A stretch of DNA of 32,855 nucleotides from Rhodoferax sp. (GCA_040400635.1 JBBAPY010000001.1:1-32855); one strand, 5' to 3'; shown: positions 1-9,307, counted from the stretch's first letter. The notes: generated by a model from the letters alone, not told the origin. Numbers and translations are program-made.

Positions 1-143
1 CCCAGGTGCAGCTCGGCGTCCACCTGGATGGGCTGGGGTGCTAGCAACTCGGACTCGAGAATGCCCAGGTTGGCCTCAAAGCGCAGGCCGGTCAAGGTCA
101 GCGTTTGATTGCCCCGAAACGGGGCAGCGGTAGATATCGACAT
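1..143 (-). CDS. Dihydroneopterin aldolase (FolB)-like protein, N-terminal part only (runs off the window edge)
   Basis: Not in the ORF track. Manual translation from ATG at 143 gives MSISTAAPFRGNQTLTLTGLRFEANLGILESELLAPQPIQVDAELHLG, which matches the FolB N-terminal pattern (L.GL.F...GI...E...PQ....D.EL). It lies directly downstream of another folB. Confidence 0.75.
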   Translation of the reverse strand, partial: MSISTAAPFRGNQTLTLTGLRFEANLGILESELLAPQPIQVDAELHL

Positions 144-171
144 GGAGTGATCCTGGAAAACAAAAAAACGC

Positions 172-585
172 TTACACGGATGCGGCCGCCGCGGCCGCAG
201 CGCGCAGCCGGAATACTTCAACACCTACGGCGTCGCAATCCGGGTACACATCGGGTTTGCAGGTGCTTACCCGCACGGCAGCGACTTGTGCATGGCCCAG
301 CAGCGCCTGGGCAATCGCGTCGCACAAAGTCTCTTGCAAATTGATGTGGCCTGCATCGCACAGGCGCCGTATGGCATTGCGCACAAAGTCGTAGTCCACA
401 ATTTCGTCGATGCGGTCCTGCGTCGGGCTGGAGTGGGCGTAGGGCACATACAGGTCCACATCAAAGCGCATGCGCTGGGGCGCCTGCAGTTCAAAGTCGT
501 GGATGCCGATACGCACCGGCAACTCAAAGCCACGCAAAAACAGTTTGCGGCAATCACGCATCAACTGCGCTTCAAGATTTTGCAT
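172..585 (-). CDS. folB: Dihydroneopterin aldolase
   Basis: Motifs IGIHDFELQAPQRMRFDVDL, IVDYDFVR, HINLQETLC and KPDVY. Start moved to ATG 585 (MQNLEAQ), which overlaps the SDR 3' end. Confidence 0.88.
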   Translation of the reverse strand: MQNLEAQLMRDCRKLFLRGFELPVRIGIHDFELQAPQRMRFDVDLYVPYAHSSPTQDRIDEIVDYDFVRNAIRRLCDAGHINLQETLCDAIAQALLGHAQVAAVRVSTCKPDVYPDCDAVGVEVFRLRAAAAAAASV

Positions 586-1378
586 ACGGGGCTTCCTGCG
601 CCAGGGTTTGGGTGGCAAACATCACATCACGCGCCAGCGGGACCAAGTGCTGGCCATTGTCCACACAGACGCTGACGCCCGTGATGGAGCGGGTCTGCGC
701 CAAAAACAAGCAGGTAGCCGCCACATCGGCCGGTGGCGTGGCGCGGCGCAACAAATTCACGCAGCTGGCGCGTTCAAAATTTTCCTGCGACTGCGGACCG
801 CTGGGATAAATCAAGCCCGGTGCGACGCCGCACACCCGTACGCTAGGCGCCAGCGCCTGCGCTTGCAAAGCCACGCTGCGCTCGAGCGCCAGCTTGGTGC
901 TGGTGTAGGAAAAATAATCCGGGTTCAGATTGAACACTTTTTGGTCCAACACATGGATAAGGCAAGCATCCTGCTTCTCGCCCCGCTCGAGCCGCTGGGT
1001 CTGCTGGCGCGCCAACTCGCGCCCAAGCAACAAAGGCGCGACGAGATTGACTTCCATCTGCCTGCGCAGCAAAGCCGGGTCAAAGTCTAGGCCGGTATCG
1101 GGCTCGAACAGGGAGGCGTTATTCACCACCGCCTGCAAGGGGCCGCGCTGCTGCACGATGTGCGCCATCATGGCCAGCACTTGCGCCTCTTGGGACAAAT
1201 CAGCCGCCACCAGGTCCAGGGCCAGGCCCTGGGCGCGCAGTTCAGCTTGTAGCTGCTGCGCCGCCTGGGCCGAATGTCCGTAATGGCACCAGACATGCCA
1301 GCCCGCGCGCGCGAAAGCCAGCACCAATTCGCGGCCCAGGCGTTGTGCGCCGCCGGTGATTAATACGCTGCTGTGCAT
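572..1378 (-). CDS. SDR family oxidoreductase, FolM/pteridine reductase-like
   Basis: VLITGGAQRLG Rossmann motif with the Arg typical of PTR1/FolM, plus VNNAS and YTSTK (YxxxK). Adjacent to folB. Start set at ATG 1378 (MHSSVLIT). Confidence 0.85.
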   Translation of the reverse strand: MHSSVLITGGAQRLGRELVLAFARAGWHVWCHYGHSAQAAQQLQAELRAQGLALDLVAADLSQEAQVLAMMAHIVQQRGPLQAVVNNASLFEPDTGLDFDPALLRRQMEVNLVAPLLLGRELARQQTQRLERGEKQDACLIHVLDQKVFNLNPDYFSYTSTKLALERSVALQAQALAPSVRVCGVAPGLIYPSGPQSQENFERASCVNLLRRATPPADVAATCLFLAQTRSITGVSVCVDNGQHLVPLARDVMFATQTLAQEAPYAKS

Positions 1379-1451
1379 GGGGTCTGGTGTTTTCCTAAGT
1401 TGGAGCGGCCTGAGCGGCCAGCGCGGTGAACTTGCTTGTGCATAGGGGACA

Positions 1452-2624
1452 ATGCAGTCCACCCTGCGCCGCCCTAAGGCCGCGCCCCTGAGTTTAACGA
1501 TGCCCCCTCACCCCTTAAGCGCCCTGGAGCAGTCGATATGCAGCGCCATTAGCGCAGCGGGCGGCTGGATCGGTTTTGACCGCTTCATGGAACTGGCGCT
1601 GTACACGCCAGGCCTAGGCTATTACGCGCATGATTCGCTCAAGTTCGGCCCCCTACCGGGACGCAATGGGAGTGATTTTGTCACTGCGCCGGAAATCAGC
1701 CCGCTGTTTGGCTACGCCCTGGCCAAGCAAGTGGCACAAGCCCTGGCCCATACTGGCACCACCGAGATTTGGGAGTTTGGCGCCGGCAGCGGCGCGCTGG
1801 CCGAACAATTACTCAGTGCATTGGCGCAAATGGGCGTGACGCTTAAGCGTTACACCATCGTCGATGTGTCGGCCACGCTGGCACGGCGCCAACAGCAGCG
1901 CCTGGCGCGCTTTGGTGACCTGGTCCACTGGGCCCAGACCTGGCCCGAACATATCGATGGTGTGGTATTCGGTAACGAAGTGCTGGACGCCATGCCGGTG
2001 CAGCTTTTGGCGCGCTGCGAAGGCCAATGGATGGAGCGTGGTGTCTGCATCGCCAAACCCGAACTGGCCACTGCGGCGCAAAGCGCTGCCTTCGCCTGGC
2101 AGGACCGCCCCAGCGCGCTGCGCCTACCGGTGGAGCCCGAAGGCGCGCATGATTACCTGAGTGAAATCCACCCCCAGGCGCAGGCCTTTGTCCGCTCGCT
2201 GGCGCAGCGCTTGCGCAGCGGTTGCGCATTTTTTCTGGACTATGGTTTTGGCGAGGGCGAGTACTACCACCCCCAACGCGCCGGCGGCACGGTGATGTGC
2301 CACCGCGCCCACCAAAGCGATAGCGACCCGCTGACCCTGGTCGGCGAAAAAGACATCACCGCCCATGTCAACTTCAGCGGCATCGCGTTGACGGCGCAAG
2401 ACGCCGGCCTGCACGTCCTGGGCTACACCAGCCAAGCGCATTTCCTGATGAACTGCGGCATTGTAGATTTGATGCAAGCGGCCGCTTTGCCCGTGCGGGC
2501 GGCGGCACAGACGCTGATCCTGGAGCATGAAATGGGAGAACTTTTCAAAGTGTTGGCGCTGGGCCCGGGTGCGCCTTGGACGCCTTTGGGCTTTGCACAC
2601 GGCGACCGCCTACACCGCTTGTGA
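1452..2624 (+). CDS. Class I SAM-dependent methyltransferase, MidA/NDUFAF7 (DUF185) family
   Basis: Motifs FDRFMELALY..GLGYY, DFVTAPEISPLFG, EFGAGSG, NEVLDAMP, LDYG, DITAHVNF and EMGELFKV. Start could be ATG 1500. Confidence 0.9.
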   Translation: MQSTLRRPKAAPLSLTMPPHPLSALEQSICSAISAAGGWIGFDRFMELALYTPGLGYYAHDSLKFGPLPGRNGSDFVTAPEISPLFGYALAKQVAQALAHTGTTEIWEFGAGSGALAEQLLSALAQMGVTLKRYTIVDVSATLARRQQQRLARFGDLVHWAQTWPEHIDGVVFGNEVLDAMPVQLLARCEGQWMERGVCIAKPELATAAQSAAFAWQDRPSALRLPVEPEGAHDYLSEIHPQAQAFVRSLAQRLRSGCAFFLDYGFGEGEYYHPQRAGGTVMCHRAHQSDSDPLTLVGEKDITAHVNFSGIALTAQDAGLHVLGYTSQAHFLMNCGIVDLMQAAALPVRAAAQTLILEHEMGELFKVLALGPGAPWTPLGFAHGDRLHRL

Positions 2625-2770
2625 GCCTGCACAAGCCAGCGCGGGTGGCCCCTGGTGCGCACGCAGCCAAGCCCCCCGGGCCGCCAACCAATGCCCCGGT
2701 AACCCGTCCGTAACGCTGCTGTACGCAGGGCGTTAGCATTAGCGGCTCTCAGCACCAATGACCCACGCCC

Positions 2771-3751
2771 ATGGAACAGCCAAGCCACGGTTTTCAACTC
2801 CGCTTTCCCGCAGGGATGGCGCCGGTCGCTTGCGTCGATATTGGCGGCACCAAAGTCGCGCTCACCATCGCCGATGCCAGCGGCATACGCGGCAAATGGT
2901 CGGAGCCCACTGCCAAAGTCGGCGCATCAGACGCGCTGGCGCAGCAAATCATCCGCATGATCGAACAGGGCTGCGTCCAAAGCGGCTTTGCGAAAAATGC
3001 CTTGGGCACGGTCGGCGTGGTCTCTTGCGGACCTTTTGTCATGCAGGGCGGACGGGTGGAACTGGCGGCGCCCAACATCTGCGGCGGCCTAGCCGGTAAA
3101 GCACGTGGCCTGCCCAATGACTGGACCACCGCACTGCTGGAAGCGCCGCTGCGCCAGGCCTTTGCCAAGGTGCGGTTAGAAAACGACGGCGTCGGCGCGC
3201 TGGAGGCGGAGCGCCGCTGGGGCGCGCTGCAAGGCCTGGACCACTGCGCTTATGTGACCTGGAGCACAGGCATCGGCGTGGGCGTGTGCGTGGACGGGCG
3301 CGCATTGCGCGGCAAAAATGGCAATGCCGGCCATTGGGGACACAGCTTTGTCAGCGACAACCAGGACGCACTGTGCGGCTGCGGCACTATCGGCGATGTG
3401 GAAGCTTTGATTGCCGGTAACGCGATTGCACGGCGCTTTGCCAGCCAGGGTTTTAGCGATGCGGCGCAATTGTTTTCGGCAGCGCGCCAAGGCCGCGCCG
3501 ATGCGCTGGAAATTGTCGATGGCCTGTGCTATGTCATGGGCCGCCTGCTGTTTAACCTGATGGCCACGCTCGATGTGCAGCGCATCAGCATAGGCGGCTC
3601 CGTGTTCTGGCACCAGCAGGACTTGCTGCTACCGCGCCTGCGTGCCCAGATTGGCGGCAAACTGCCCTCCTTGACCAGCGGCGTGGACATCGTACCGGCG
3701 GGCTTGGGTGAATCCGTAGGTGACTATGCCGCGCTAGCGCTGGTCTTGTAA
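2771..3751 (+). CDS. ROK family protein (putative sugar kinase, no HTH)
   Basis: VDIGGTK ATP motif, ENDG, STGIGVG, GHWGH, CGCG..G.VE and IGGSV. No N-terminal DNA-binding domain. Confidence 0.88.
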   Translation: MEQPSHGFQLRFPAGMAPVACVDIGGTKVALTIADASGIRGKWSEPTAKVGASDALAQQIIRMIEQGCVQSGFAKNALGTVGVVSCGPFVMQGGRVELAAPNICGGLAGKARGLPNDWTTALLEAPLRQAFAKVRLENDGVGALEAERRWGALQGLDHCAYVTWSTGIGVGVCVDGRALRGKNGNAGHWGHSFVSDNQDALCGCGTIGDVEALIAGNAIARRFASQGFSDAAQLFSAARQGRADALEIVDGLCYVMGRLLFNLMATLDVQRISIGGSVFWHQQDLLLPRLRAQIGGKLPSLTSGVDIVPAGLGESVGDYAALALVL

Positions 3752-5017
3752 ACCGCGCTTGGACGCCGCAAGGCATTGGGCTATCGCAAGCTCCCGGGCT
3801 TTGGCCAAGGCCCGCCCCACGGCAGGGCCTTGTGCGCCTTCCTGCATAGCGGCTTGGGCGATAGCGCTGCTATCTATCGCCAAGGCCGCCTGCAATGCTT
3901 GCATCAGGCGCTCGCCTTGGCTATACGCGTCGTGTTCACGGCCCAGGCGTCCACGCGCATCGCAGGCGCAGGCCTGCACGATCTGCGCAAAGCGTGCGGG
4001 TTTGCGAAAGGCATCGCAGCGCTCGAGCAAGCGCAATAGGGCGGCTGCGCCCAGGCTGGCGCTGCGGTGGATGTTGCCGTGTTCGCGTGCCACCACCTCG
4101 GCCAACTCCGCGCAGGCCTGGGGCACGCGCAAGCGCTGGCAGAGCGTGCGCAAAAGCTTCACGCTGCGCATTTCATGGCCCATATGGCGAGGCCATTGCT
4201 CGGCAGGCGTTTTGGCTTTGCCCAAGTCGTGCACCAGGCAGGCAAAGCGTACTTCCAACGGCGCTTGCGCCCCTGCAGCTGCGTCAAGCACCATGCCCAG
4301 GTGGATGCCGGTATCGATTTCAGGATGGTGCTCTGCCGGTTGGGGCACGCCCCACAGGGCATCCACTTCGGGAAGTACCACCGCCAAGGCACCGCATTCG
4401 CGCAAGAGCGCCAGCATGCGCGAGGGCTGCGGCTCCATAAGCCCTTTGGCAACTTCCTGCCAAACGCGCTCGGCCACCAAATGCTGGACTTCCCCCGCTT
4501 GCACCATGTCCTGCAGGAGTTGCAAAGTTACGCGGGAAACAGCGAAGTGCGCAAAGCGCGCTGCAAAACGCGCCAGCCGCAATATGCGCACCGGGTCTTC
4601 GCGAAATGCCTCGGTGCAATGGCGAAGTACACCGGCAGCCACATCGTGGGCACCACCAAAAGGGTCGATAAGCGCAGCAAGGACAAAGCTGCCATCAGGA
4701 CGCAGCGCATCGGCGGGCACCGCCATAGCGTTGATGCTGAGGTCGCGGCGCGCCAGGTCTTCTTCCAAAGTCACTGCGGGGTCGGCGTGGATGGCAAAGC
4801 CCCGGTAGCCCGGTGCGGTTTTGCGTTCGGTGCGCGCCAAGGCATATTCCTCTTTGCTGCGGGGGTGTAAAAACACCGGGAAGTCCCGCCCTACGGGCAC
4901 AAAACCCGCGTCCACCATCGCCTGCGGCGTGCTGCCGACGACCACCCAATCGCGGTCGCGTACCGGCAAGCCCATCAAGCTATCGCGAACCGCACCACCG
5001 ACGAGATAAGTTTGCAT
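3734..5017 (-). CDS. cca: Multifunctional CCA tRNA nucleotidyltransferase with HD phosphatase domain
   Basis: YLVGGAVRD, DRDWVV, EYALARTERK, DLARRD, EDPVRILR, HHPEIDTG and HDLGK. Start ATG 5017. Confidence 0.96.
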   Translation of the reverse strand: MQTYLVGGAVRDSLMGLPVRDRDWVVVGSTPQAMVDAGFVPVGRDFPVFLHPRSKEEYALARTERKTAPGYRGFAIHADPAVTLEEDLARRDLSINAMAVPADALRPDGSFVLAALIDPFGGAHDVAAGVLRHCTEAFREDPVRILRLARFAARFAHFAVSRVTLQLLQDMVQAGEVQHLVAERVWQEVAKGLMEPQPSRMLALLRECGALAVVLPEVDALWGVPQPAEHHPEIDTGIHLGMVLDAAAGAQAPLEVRFACLVHDLGKAKTPAEQWPRHMGHEMRSVKLLRTLCQRLRVPQACAELAEVVAREHGNIHRSASLGAAALLRLLERCDAFRKPARFAQIVQACACDARGRLGREHDAYSQGERLMQALQAALAIDSSAIAQAAMQEGAQGPAVGRALAKARELAIAQCLAASKRGLQDQR

Positions 5018-5039
5018 GCAGCGCGCGGCGCAGCCAAGC

Positions 5040-5723
5040 TCAGGACTGCAGCCGGTAGGGCTCTTCAAATACCAAAAAGTCTTTTTCAGCCAGCGCCGCC
5101 TGCACCCAGGCCATCACGCCGGGCAGCGCTTGCACCCGCTCCATGTAGGCGCTGATGGTGCTGGGCACCGGCAGGGCATAGGTGTGCAGGCGCATCACCA
5201 CCGGTGCGTAAAACGCATCTGCCAGGGTGAATGCGCCGAACAACATCGGGCCGCCATGGGATTGCAGCAACTCGGTCCACAGGTCCGCGATACGCTGCAC
5301 ATCGGCGCGCACACCGGCGTGGTCGCGCCAGATGAGCGCGCCGCGGTTGGGCAACAAGGCTTCAATATTCATAGGGCAATGGCTGCGCAAATGGCTAAAG
5401 CCACTGTGCATTTCGGCGCACATGCTGCGCGCGCGGGCGCGGGCAGCCTTGTCTGCGGGCCAAAGTTGTTTTTCAGGAAAGCTTTCGGCCAGGTATTCGC
5501 CAATGGCCAGCGTATCCCAGACGCTCAGATCGCCGTCTTGCAAGACCGGCACTTTGCCTGCCGGGCTAATACCTGCCATGCGTTGCTTGAATTGCGAATC
5601 CGGGCTGAAACTGTCGAAGCGGACATAGACCTCTTCAAAAGCAATGCCCGCCTGCGTCATCGCGACCCAGGGCCGCATGGACCAGGAGGAATAGTTTTTA
5701 TTTCCGACGTACAACTTCAGCAT
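5040..5723 (-). CDS. Glutathione S-transferase family protein
   Basis: GNKNYSSWSMRPW, SPAGKVPVL, DTLAIGEYLAE and ADAFYAP. SD-like GGAGGAG precedes ATG 5723. Confidence 0.93.
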   Translation of the reverse strand: MLKLYVGNKNYSSWSMRPWVAMTQAGIAFEEVYVRFDSFSPDSQFKQRMAGISPAGKVPVLQDGDLSVWDTLAIGEYLAESFPEKQLWPADKAARARARSMCAEMHSGFSHLRSHCPMNIEALLPNRGALIWRDHAGVRADVQRIADLWTELLQSHGGPMLFGAFTLADAFYAPVVMRLHTYALPVPSTISAYMERVQALPGVMAWVQAALAEKDFLVFEEPYRLQS

Positions 5724-5749
5724 GTTTTCTCCTCCTGGTTGAACCGGTT

Positions 5750-7750
5750 TCAGGGCAGATCGAGCCCAGTTTCCGGGACCGCGGCATCTAGGGGTCCGAC
5801 GCTGCCTAAGCGCGCCTTGATGGACTGCGGCTGGCCGCTGATCATGGCAGCATACAGCGTGGTGTTGGAGAGCACTTTTTTCACGTAATCGCGGGTTTCG
5901 TTGAAGGGAATGTTCTCCGCCCAGATCGCCGCTTCCAGCACCGGCGCACCACTGGCGCCGCGCCATGTACGCGCGCGGCTGGGACCCGCGTTATAGGCCG
6001 CCGCTGCCAGCGGCATGGAGCCCTGAAAGCTATCGAGCACCAGTTTGAGGTAGCCGGTGCCGATAGCGATATTGGTATCCCGGTCGGTCAATTTAGCGGG
6101 CGTGAAATCGCTCATGCCGATTTTTTTGGCAGTCCATCTGGCAGTTGCTGGCATGACTTGCATCAGCCCCGAAGCGCCCACCCCCGAGCGCGCGTCCATG
6201 AGAAAACGGCTCTCTTGGCGGATCAAGCCATACACATAAGCCGGCTCTAAACCAATGCTTTGGGCACGTGCCAGCACAGCGGCCTTAAAGGGCATGGGGA
6301 AGCGCTGCTCCATATCTATCAGGGCTTTGCTGCGCTCGCTGGTGTTGATGCAACGGTCCCAGACTTCGGCGTGGCAGGCTAATTCGGCTGCGGCCAGCAG
6401 GCTGCGGTCGTCCATGCCGCCTTTGGTGTGCAGGCTGATGCTGTAGTTCCATTCGCGCACGCCTTCACTGCGCAGACCCAGGGCAATCGCATGCAGTGCA
6501 CGCTGTAAGCCGGGGTTTTTGCGCGCCGCTTCTTTTTCTTCTAGCGTAGGGGCCAAAGGCTTGAGCGGCAATACGCTGCGCTGGCCCAGTTCTTCGAGCG
6601 CCAGCTGTTCATAAAAGCCGCGGATGCCGGCGATGCTTTGCAGGCTCGCCAGAGCCTGGGCGCGGGCCGCCTCGGTCGGTTTTTGGCCCAACACGGCGCG
6701 CGCATGCCAGTACACCCATGCTGAATCGGCGCGCAATGCGGGCGGCAAGGCGGCAATAGCGGCTTCTACCTGCGCCCACTGACCGGCACGCAGGGCGGCG
6801 CGCAGCGCCCACACCACGTGGTCTTCATGCATGTGGTCCAGGCGGCCCTTTTGGTAGTAAGACAAAGCGTTGTCCTGGCTTTTTTGCGCCGCCCGCTTAC
6901 CGATCACGCCCCAAATCCAGCTGCGCTCCTCGGCCGTCAATTGCGCGCGCCAGCGCAATTTGTCCACCTCCAGCGCCGCCTCCTGGGGCTCCAGATAGGC
7001 CAGTCGGATCAGCGCCAGCGACACGAACTCGCGGGTCTGCGGGCGCAAAGCTGTGAGTTTGTCGTTCAGGTATTTGGCCGGGCTTTGGTAAATGGCAGCC
7101 ACGGTTTTGACCCATTTGGTATCCAGCGTAGCGACCGCCTGCGTAGTGACTTTGAGGCGGTCGTTCTCCATCCCCAGGCGCGCCCGCAGCCAAGCTACTT
7201 GGGCCGGCATATTGCGCGCTTTGATGAGTTCTTGGGCTGCGTCGGCGCAGGCTTCGTCGGGCTCGCGCTGTGCCAACCACAGCTCTTGTAGTTGCTTGGC
7301 CACGCCGGCGCCGCTGCTCAGGTAGTCGCTCCATAAGGCATAGCACTGAATAGACCGGTCATCGGCCATGCGGTATAGGGGTAGTTGGGCGCGAAAGGTG
7401 GCCCAATCCCGGTTACGGCCTAACTGCAGCAACCATTCTGCACGCAGCCGGTCTTCCTGGTAGCTACCGGCATAGCGCGCAAGCACGCTTTCGATCTCGG
7501 CCTTGTCCGCCTCATCCAGCCTGAGCGCCATTTCCCAGTAAGCCGCCCAGGGCTCCAGGAGCGAGCCTCTGGCTTGCGGCAATAATTGCGTCAGCTGCTT
7601 GCGCTCACCGAGTTTGAAAGCCTGCGCCATGTCCAGCACGGCCTGATCGTTGCGCGCCAGATCCACCGCTTGGGCCCGCGCGGCGTAGCTAGGCAGCGCG
7701 ACTGCGACAATGCAGACCCAGGCTGCGAAATTTTTTTTGATTAACCACAT
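5750..7750 (-). CDS. slt: Soluble lytic murein transglycosylase (Slt70-like)
   Basis: Signal peptide, long helical N-region, and a C-terminal SLT domain with IRQESRF, GLMQVMP, AAYNAG and ETRDYV. Confidence 0.93.
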   Translation of the reverse strand: MWLIKKNFAAWVCIVAVALPSYAARAQAVDLARNDQAVLDMAQAFKLGERKQLTQLLPQARGSLLEPWAAYWEMALRLDEADKAEIESVLARYAGSYQEDRLRAEWLLQLGRNRDWATFRAQLPLYRMADDRSIQCYALWSDYLSSGAGVAKQLQELWLAQREPDEACADAAQELIKARNMPAQVAWLRARLGMENDRLKVTTQAVATLDTKWVKTVAAIYQSPAKYLNDKLTALRPQTREFVSLALIRLAYLEPQEAALEVDKLRWRAQLTAEERSWIWGVIGKRAAQKSQDNALSYYQKGRLDHMHEDHVVWALRAALRAGQWAQVEAAIAALPPALRADSAWVYWHARAVLGQKPTEAARAQALASLQSIAGIRGFYEQLALEELGQRSVLPLKPLAPTLEEKEAARKNPGLQRALHAIALGLRSEGVREWNYSISLHTKGGMDDRSLLAAAELACHAEVWDRCINTSERSKALIDMEQRFPMPFKAAVLARAQSIGLEPAYVYGLIRQESRFLMDARSGVGASGLMQVMPATARWTAKKIGMSDFTPAKLTDRDTNIAIGTGYLKLVLDSFQGSMPLAAAAYNAGPSRARTWRGASGAPVLEAAIWAENIPFNETRDYVKKVLSNTTLYAAMISGQPQSIKARLGSVGPLDAAVPETGLDLP

Positions 7751-7759
7751 GGGGTGATT

Positions 7760-8386
7760 ATGGACAACTCTATGGACCCTAAAGCCCAGGAAAAAAAGGC
7801 CTTACGCAAGGCCTTGCTTGATGCCCGGGCCCATCTGCCGGACCGCCTGCACCGCGCAGAGTTATTGCTGCGGGTGATGCGCGTCTGGCTGGTAGGCCGC
7901 ACCGACACGACGATTGGCGCCTACTGGCCTATCAAAGGCGAGTTTGACCCGCTGCCCGCCCTGCACCGATGGAAAGAGGACGGCGAGCTCAATGACATCG
8001 CGCAGCGCAGACGCATTGCTTTGCCGGTGGTCAACAAAGCGCATAAGACCATGACTTTCCATGTTTGGTACCCCGGCTGCCCAATGGAAGAGGATGCCTA
8101 CGGCATTCCCAAACCCAAAGACACTGAGCAGGTGATGCCTAGCCTCTTGTTCGTGCCCTGCGTAGGCTACAGCGCGGGCGGCTACCGCTTGGGGTATGGC
8201 GGTGGTTTTTATGACCGCATGCTGGCCAGCCTGGAGCCCCGCCCCTACACCGTAGGCCTGGGTTTTGGCAACAGCTTTGTGCCCGATTTCGAACCAGAAC
8301 CCCACGATATTCCGCTGGACGCGGTACTGACCGACTATGGCATGGCCTGGCCGGTAGACCATCCGGGGCGGGTATCGCGCGATTAG
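7760..8386 (+). CDS. ygfA: 5-formyltetrahydrofolate cyclo-ligase
   Basis: K.ALRK N-terminus, YWPIKGEFD, YGIPKP, RLGYGGGFYDR and EPHDIPLD. Start uncertain (7754, 7760 or 7772). Confidence 0.93.
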   Translation: MDNSMDPKAQEKKALRKALLDARAHLPDRLHRAELLLRVMRVWLVGRTDTTIGAYWPIKGEFDPLPALHRWKEDGELNDIAQRRRIALPVVNKAHKTMTFHVWYPGCPMEEDAYGIPKPKDTEQVMPSLLFVPCVGYSAGGYRLGYGGGFYDRMLASLEPRPYTVGLGFGNSFVPDFEPEPHDIPLDAVLTDYGMAWPVDHPGRVSRD

Positions 8387-9303
8387 TCTTTTTGTGCTGC
8401 CAGGGCACGCACATCGTTTTCATAGCCTTTGAGTAGGCGCACCATGTGCTTGCGCTGCTCGGCGCTCGTTTGGGCGTGCAGTCGGGCAAAGGCCTGGCAG
8501 GTATTGGCCGTCATTTGTTCATGGTATTGCCGGTAGGCAGGATTGGAAGAATGGACATAGCGCTGCGCCAAGTCGGCCAGCGCATTCTGTGCGGTGGCGG
8601 CGTCGGCGCCGCGCAAACGTTCCAAGGTTTGTAAAACTGCCTGCTGGCGTGCATACACCTCCTCAAAATAGCGTTTTTCATCAAAGCCGGTTTGGGCCAT
8701 GGCATCTTTGAAGGCACGGGTTTGCTCGGCGCTTAGCTTGCCATACAGGTCTTCCATGCGCTCCAGACTTTTGCGCGTTCGAAGTTCTGTCCCTTGCGCC
8801 CGGGCGTCTTGCCATTCCTCGCGCATTTTGCGATTGCTTTTTTCATAGGCCTTGGCCAGACCTGCCAATTGCTCCGGCTTAAGCCCGGGCACTACCGCCG
8901 CTGCGATCGGCATAGCGCGTTGCGTGAGCGCTTCGCTACGTTGGAGCACAGACGCATAGAGCGCGCAAAAACGCGGGCCGTCGGGGTTTTGCAGTGCCAA
9001 GGTCTGGGCCTCCTGCAAAAGCTCGGCGACCAAGGGCATTTCTTCGCTGCGGTGCCATCGGTGCAGCGTCTTTAATTCTGCGCCGACGCGGCGCGCCTGC
9101 GCGTTGTCAAAGTCCAAGTAACCGTCCAGCCAAAAATACAGGAGGTCAGGCGCTGCGCCATAGCCCAAGCGCGCCGCGCTGCAGCCGCCAAGCGCTAACA
9201 CCAAGCACACTAGCCCGAGTGTCAGAAAGCGCCTGCCACCGCCACCGATAATGGCACTCAGGCAGGCGGTACCAGGCACCGGCTGGAAAAAAGTAAAGGA
9301 CAT
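8383..9303 (-). CDS. Putative all-helical lipoprotein (DUF6279-like)
   Basis: Hydrophobic stretch ending in lipobox LGGC, then SAARLGY..W.LDGYLDF and WHRSEE. The ORF-track extension to 9750 overlaps glmU and was discarded. Start uncertain. Confidence 0.72.
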   Translation of the reverse strand: MSFTFFQPVPGTACLSAIIGGGGRRFLTLGLVCLVLALGGCSAARLGYGAAPDLLYFWLDGYLDFDNAQARRVGAELKTLHRWHRSEEMPLVAELLQEAQTLALQNPDGPRFCALYASVLQRSEALTQRAMPIAAAVVPGLKPEQLAGLAKAYEKSNRKMREEWQDARAQGTELRTRKSLERMEDLYGKLSAEQTRAFKDAMAQTGFDEKRYFEEVYARQQAVLQTLERLRGADAATAQNALADLAQRYVHSSNPAYRQYHEQMTANTCQAFARLHAQTSAEQRKHMVRLLKGYENDVRALAAQKD

Positions 9304-9307
9304 GGCA

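Noticed and set aside
3759-5888. Plus-strand ORFs of 349, 267 and 290 aa opposite cca and gst
   Set aside because: Antisense shadows of well-supported genes, with no domain motifs.
7740-7775. 6S RNA (ssrS), often found upstream of ygfA
   Set aside because: No intergenic room; slt starts immediately on the other strand.
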